Notes under the pieces: model-generated
What the model saw: the letters and a program-made list of their open reading frames with translations, nothing else
What the model was told of the DNA's origin: nothing
Database searches by the model: none
In this document: piece by piece, positions 61,209 to 64,000 of the stretch
Layout: the number at the start of each line of letters is the position of its first letter
How positions within the stretch are numbered: position 1 is the stretch's first letter
DNA from: Podarcis tiliguerta
Lineage: Eukaryota
Reading direction: 5' to 3' (one strand)
Length of the DNA: 64,000 bases
Assembly: GCA_965153285.1 (NCBI GenBank)
Contig: OZ229115.1
Made by a program: the position numbers and the translations under genes

Positions 61209-62990
61209 CCAGCCCCTCCCTCCAATCACCCAGCTCCCAGCAAGTAGAACTTAACGCAGGAAAAGAAGCCTCCCGGAACATTCTGCCTGTGCAATGCGAT
61301 CACTGAAGAATAAGGGGAGTGGGAGAAAATGACCCCATGAGCATAACCTTTGTAATGAGGCCCTGTGGGATTTGGGTCTTGGAGGAATGGCGTGGGAGGG
61401 ACTCCAAAAGGGAATAGGGCCCCTTGCAGTTGGACTGTTTCTGCCTTGCTAGCCTGGTTTTTCCTAGGATCAGGGGACCTTCCTGTGGTGTTTTGAGCCA
61501 CGCTTGAACTCGGGAAGGATAGGTGAACTTAGCGTCAGTTCAAAAGTTCTTCAGTTTGGGTTTGCTTCGTTGGAGGACGCGCTGCTGATCACTGCTGTTT
61601 TGTCCCAATCTTTGCTGCATGCCTGTTGCATGTCTGTCAAGAGAGAAAACGCACTTTTGTTATATAGACCTCCTTCTTAACATGAAGTTGAAACATGCAC
61701 CTGAGACATCCTTGGCTGAAGCCGCTCTACTCACCCGGCCGTGTGTGAGCGCCTGGTAGAGAGAGACCAGGCTATATTTAAAGCCCAGCCCTGGAATCTC
61801 TTTACCAGTCCCAAGGAAGTCTTAGTTCTCCTTTGATTATTAATAGTATCACAATCCATTAACCCTTCAGAGTCTTTTAGCCCGTTCAGGAGAAATAAGT
61901 GGGTTTTGGCTCGCTTTTTGTAGGTGCTTGTAAAGTGCTGCTTTCCATATAAAATATTGGGGGTTGGGGAGAATCCCCTCTTCACTAGAAACCCAAGGGG
62001 GAAATTTCTACTTGCTGCACCAGTTGCCTTCTCTTACTCCTGTGAGACCAGAGTTACTTTATTTATTGTGAGGATCAAACCTTACAAGGCCACAAAGCAC
62101 GATCAGAAGCTCAGTAGGGTATGTTGTCCTGATTCATCCCTTTTGCCATATAACAGAGTGCCTTAATGTCCTTCCTCGTCCTCCTCCATACCTCTCTGGG
62201 CTGCTTACTTTGAGAGTCACGGTCATTCCCAATCAGAGTACACCCAACAAGTGCTGCTATACTTGTATGTACAATTCCCTCCTGTCTTCACTGCCAAAAA
62301 AGAAACAAAAAAGGGCAGGAGAGCTACATGCAAGGGATGGGTGATGGAGGAGAAGGAAGTCCAGCTATACAAATCTATTCTGAGCAAATAAAAAGGGGGT
62401 TAAGAGTGATCTCTTTCCCCTAAAGAGTTTACAATATAATGAGCTGCGACTGCACTGGACTAGAGAGTTGTATTGTTCTTGTGTGTTTTGTTCAGGAAAA
62501 AGGTGTGTATGTGTTTTTCCTAAATGCTGCTTTTATGAGAGACTTTAGAAACCTTTGGTGTGGGGGAACTGTAGCAATGGGAGCAAACTTTGTCTTTTGA
62601 ATTCTAGTGGCATTTCATTATTCAACCCTCCAGCTGGAAAAAGAAACATGAACTGATGCTACCTAAAACACCACTGGAGACCCGTCACCTTGGCCAACAG
62701 GAAAAAGCCTCTCTCTTACTATGTTTTTGCCTTTCCTTTTCCCTCATTGTGCTTATGCCGATTAGTCAAAATTAATGTGCTACCAGCATTTCTGATAAGT
62801 AAGTCTATTGGAAGAAGTTTGAAGACGAAAGGAATGTATTTTATAGATACATCCACCCAACTATATATTAGAGCTTTGAATAAAGTTTGTCAATATGATA
62901 GTCACTGTCACTCGAAACCCTCCTGTTAAGGAAATTATACCTTACTGATATTTTACCATACTGCAATAAAGCATTTTTTAAAATTGGCAC
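61209..62990 (+). other. CCND3 3' UTR (approximate end)
   Basis: Follows the stop codon. Contains AATAAA at 62387, 62879 and 62965, the last followed by a U-rich tract, plus miRNA seed sites and an ARE. Confidence 0.7.
62965..62970 (+). terminator. Likely main polyadenylation signal of CCND3
   Basis: AATAAA followed by T-rich/pyrimidine-rich downstream sequence (ctctcttgtcttctttcc). Alternatives at 62387, 62879 and 63096. Confidence 0.55.
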
Positions 62991-64000
62991 TCTCTTGTCT
63001 TCTTTCCTGGGTGATGGAAATAAGACTGAAAAGAACCAAATGCATCTAAAATACAGCTTGCTTGACTTGTTGCTCTAAGAAATCGGCCTGTTGAGAATAA
63101 AAGACAAGAATGCTTTCTTGATTTCTGCCTTGCTAACGTAATCCACTTTTAACAATTCGATTCTGACAAGCTGATTTCAAAACACGGGAGGCCTCTTGGC
63201 TGTAGCAGCTTTGGCTAGCTGTTCTAGATAGCTGGCTAGCTGTTCTATATAGGTTTATAGCAACCAGTATTCTTGTAAGACCTTTGTGTTATGCCTGTCT
63301 CTCTTCATGAGTCTTTCCCCCTCCTACCCTATTTACTTCATGATTTTTGCAAGGACAACCACACAGCTGCTTCTTCCTACAAGCAATACAAAAGAAGTGA
63401 CCCAAGACACTGATGCAGTCAGCTTGCTGGCCATCCTGCTGCTCTACCCCAAGCCACTTGCTGCCCTGGCATACAGAAGAGCTTTCTCCTTAGCTTGACA
63501 TCTTTCTCTAGTCCGAGACCCATCCTTGCAGGTTTGTCTTAGGCAATAGGCATGGGAGATCTCCAGCCGTACCAGCACTAGGCGGCTTCAGCAGGCTCAT
63601 TTACCAGCTCTGCATGGAGTTAACAGCTTTCGCCTGTGACCACTTCGGCTAAGTGATGCCAAGTAGATAGATGGGAGACGTGCAAATTGTTCTGTAATCT
63701 GCGCTCGGGCAAGAGGCTGTCCTAGGGGACATCTTCCCAGCGCAAACAAACTTACTGCACAGAGGAGCCACTCAACCAAATCTCCCCTGGAGCTAAAAGC
63801 TGTTCAAAACCAATTACTCTTCTCTACCCAGCTGCTGCTGGAACAGCACTGCTTTGTGAACATGGGCATCAACGCTCAGACATTTAATGCGGCCCTAGGG
63901 CTGCAAAGCACAGGAGGCCAGCATTGCTGATGCCTTACCAATAGGAGAGGGTTGCCCTCTGATATCCTCGTTAACAAAGGTTAGAAACGTGGCTGCAGCA

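Noticed and set aside
63212-63252. 21-bp direct repeat x2 (TGGCTAGCTGTTCTA...)
   Set aside because: Ordinary slippage duplication with no functional hint.
63000-64000. BYSL last exon, expected tail-to-tail with CCND3 from mammalian synteny
   Set aside because: No bystin-like coding sequence seen on the minus strand; at most its UTR could be here, which I cannot support.

Overview
Vertebrate genomic DNA, most likely a lacertid lizard (inferred from a young Sauria SINE and a Squam3-type SINE). The one supported protein-coding gene is CCND3 (G1/S cyclin D3) on the + strand. It has five coding exons at 42101-42289, 44802-45017, 52431-52590, 53431-53573 and 61038-61208 (879 nt, 292 aa), all with GT-AG introns, a CpG-island promoter and a ~1.7 kb 3' UTR with miR-15/16, miR-34, miR-17 and ARE motifs. 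The ~41 kb upstream and the introns are non-coding and full of mobile-element remains: SINEs, CR1/L2/L1 fragments, a Penelope fragment, Tc1/mariner (Tigger-like) and hAT MITEs. Almost all ORFs in the supplied track are spurious. Best leads: (1) a dimer-type minimal hammerhead ribozyme in the Penelope fragment; (2) a diverged tandem pair at 24.6-26.0 kb with protein-like conservation that I cannot assign; (3) a cyclin-D1b-like intron-4 read-through frame followed by an intronic AATAAA; (4) a tandem STAT5-type GAS pair ~12 kb upstream; (5) a young hAT element with a long internal hairpin next to the promoter; (6) a MITE that captured a LINE tail and then amplified. Repeat-family names and human comparisons are recalled from knowledge, not from database searches.
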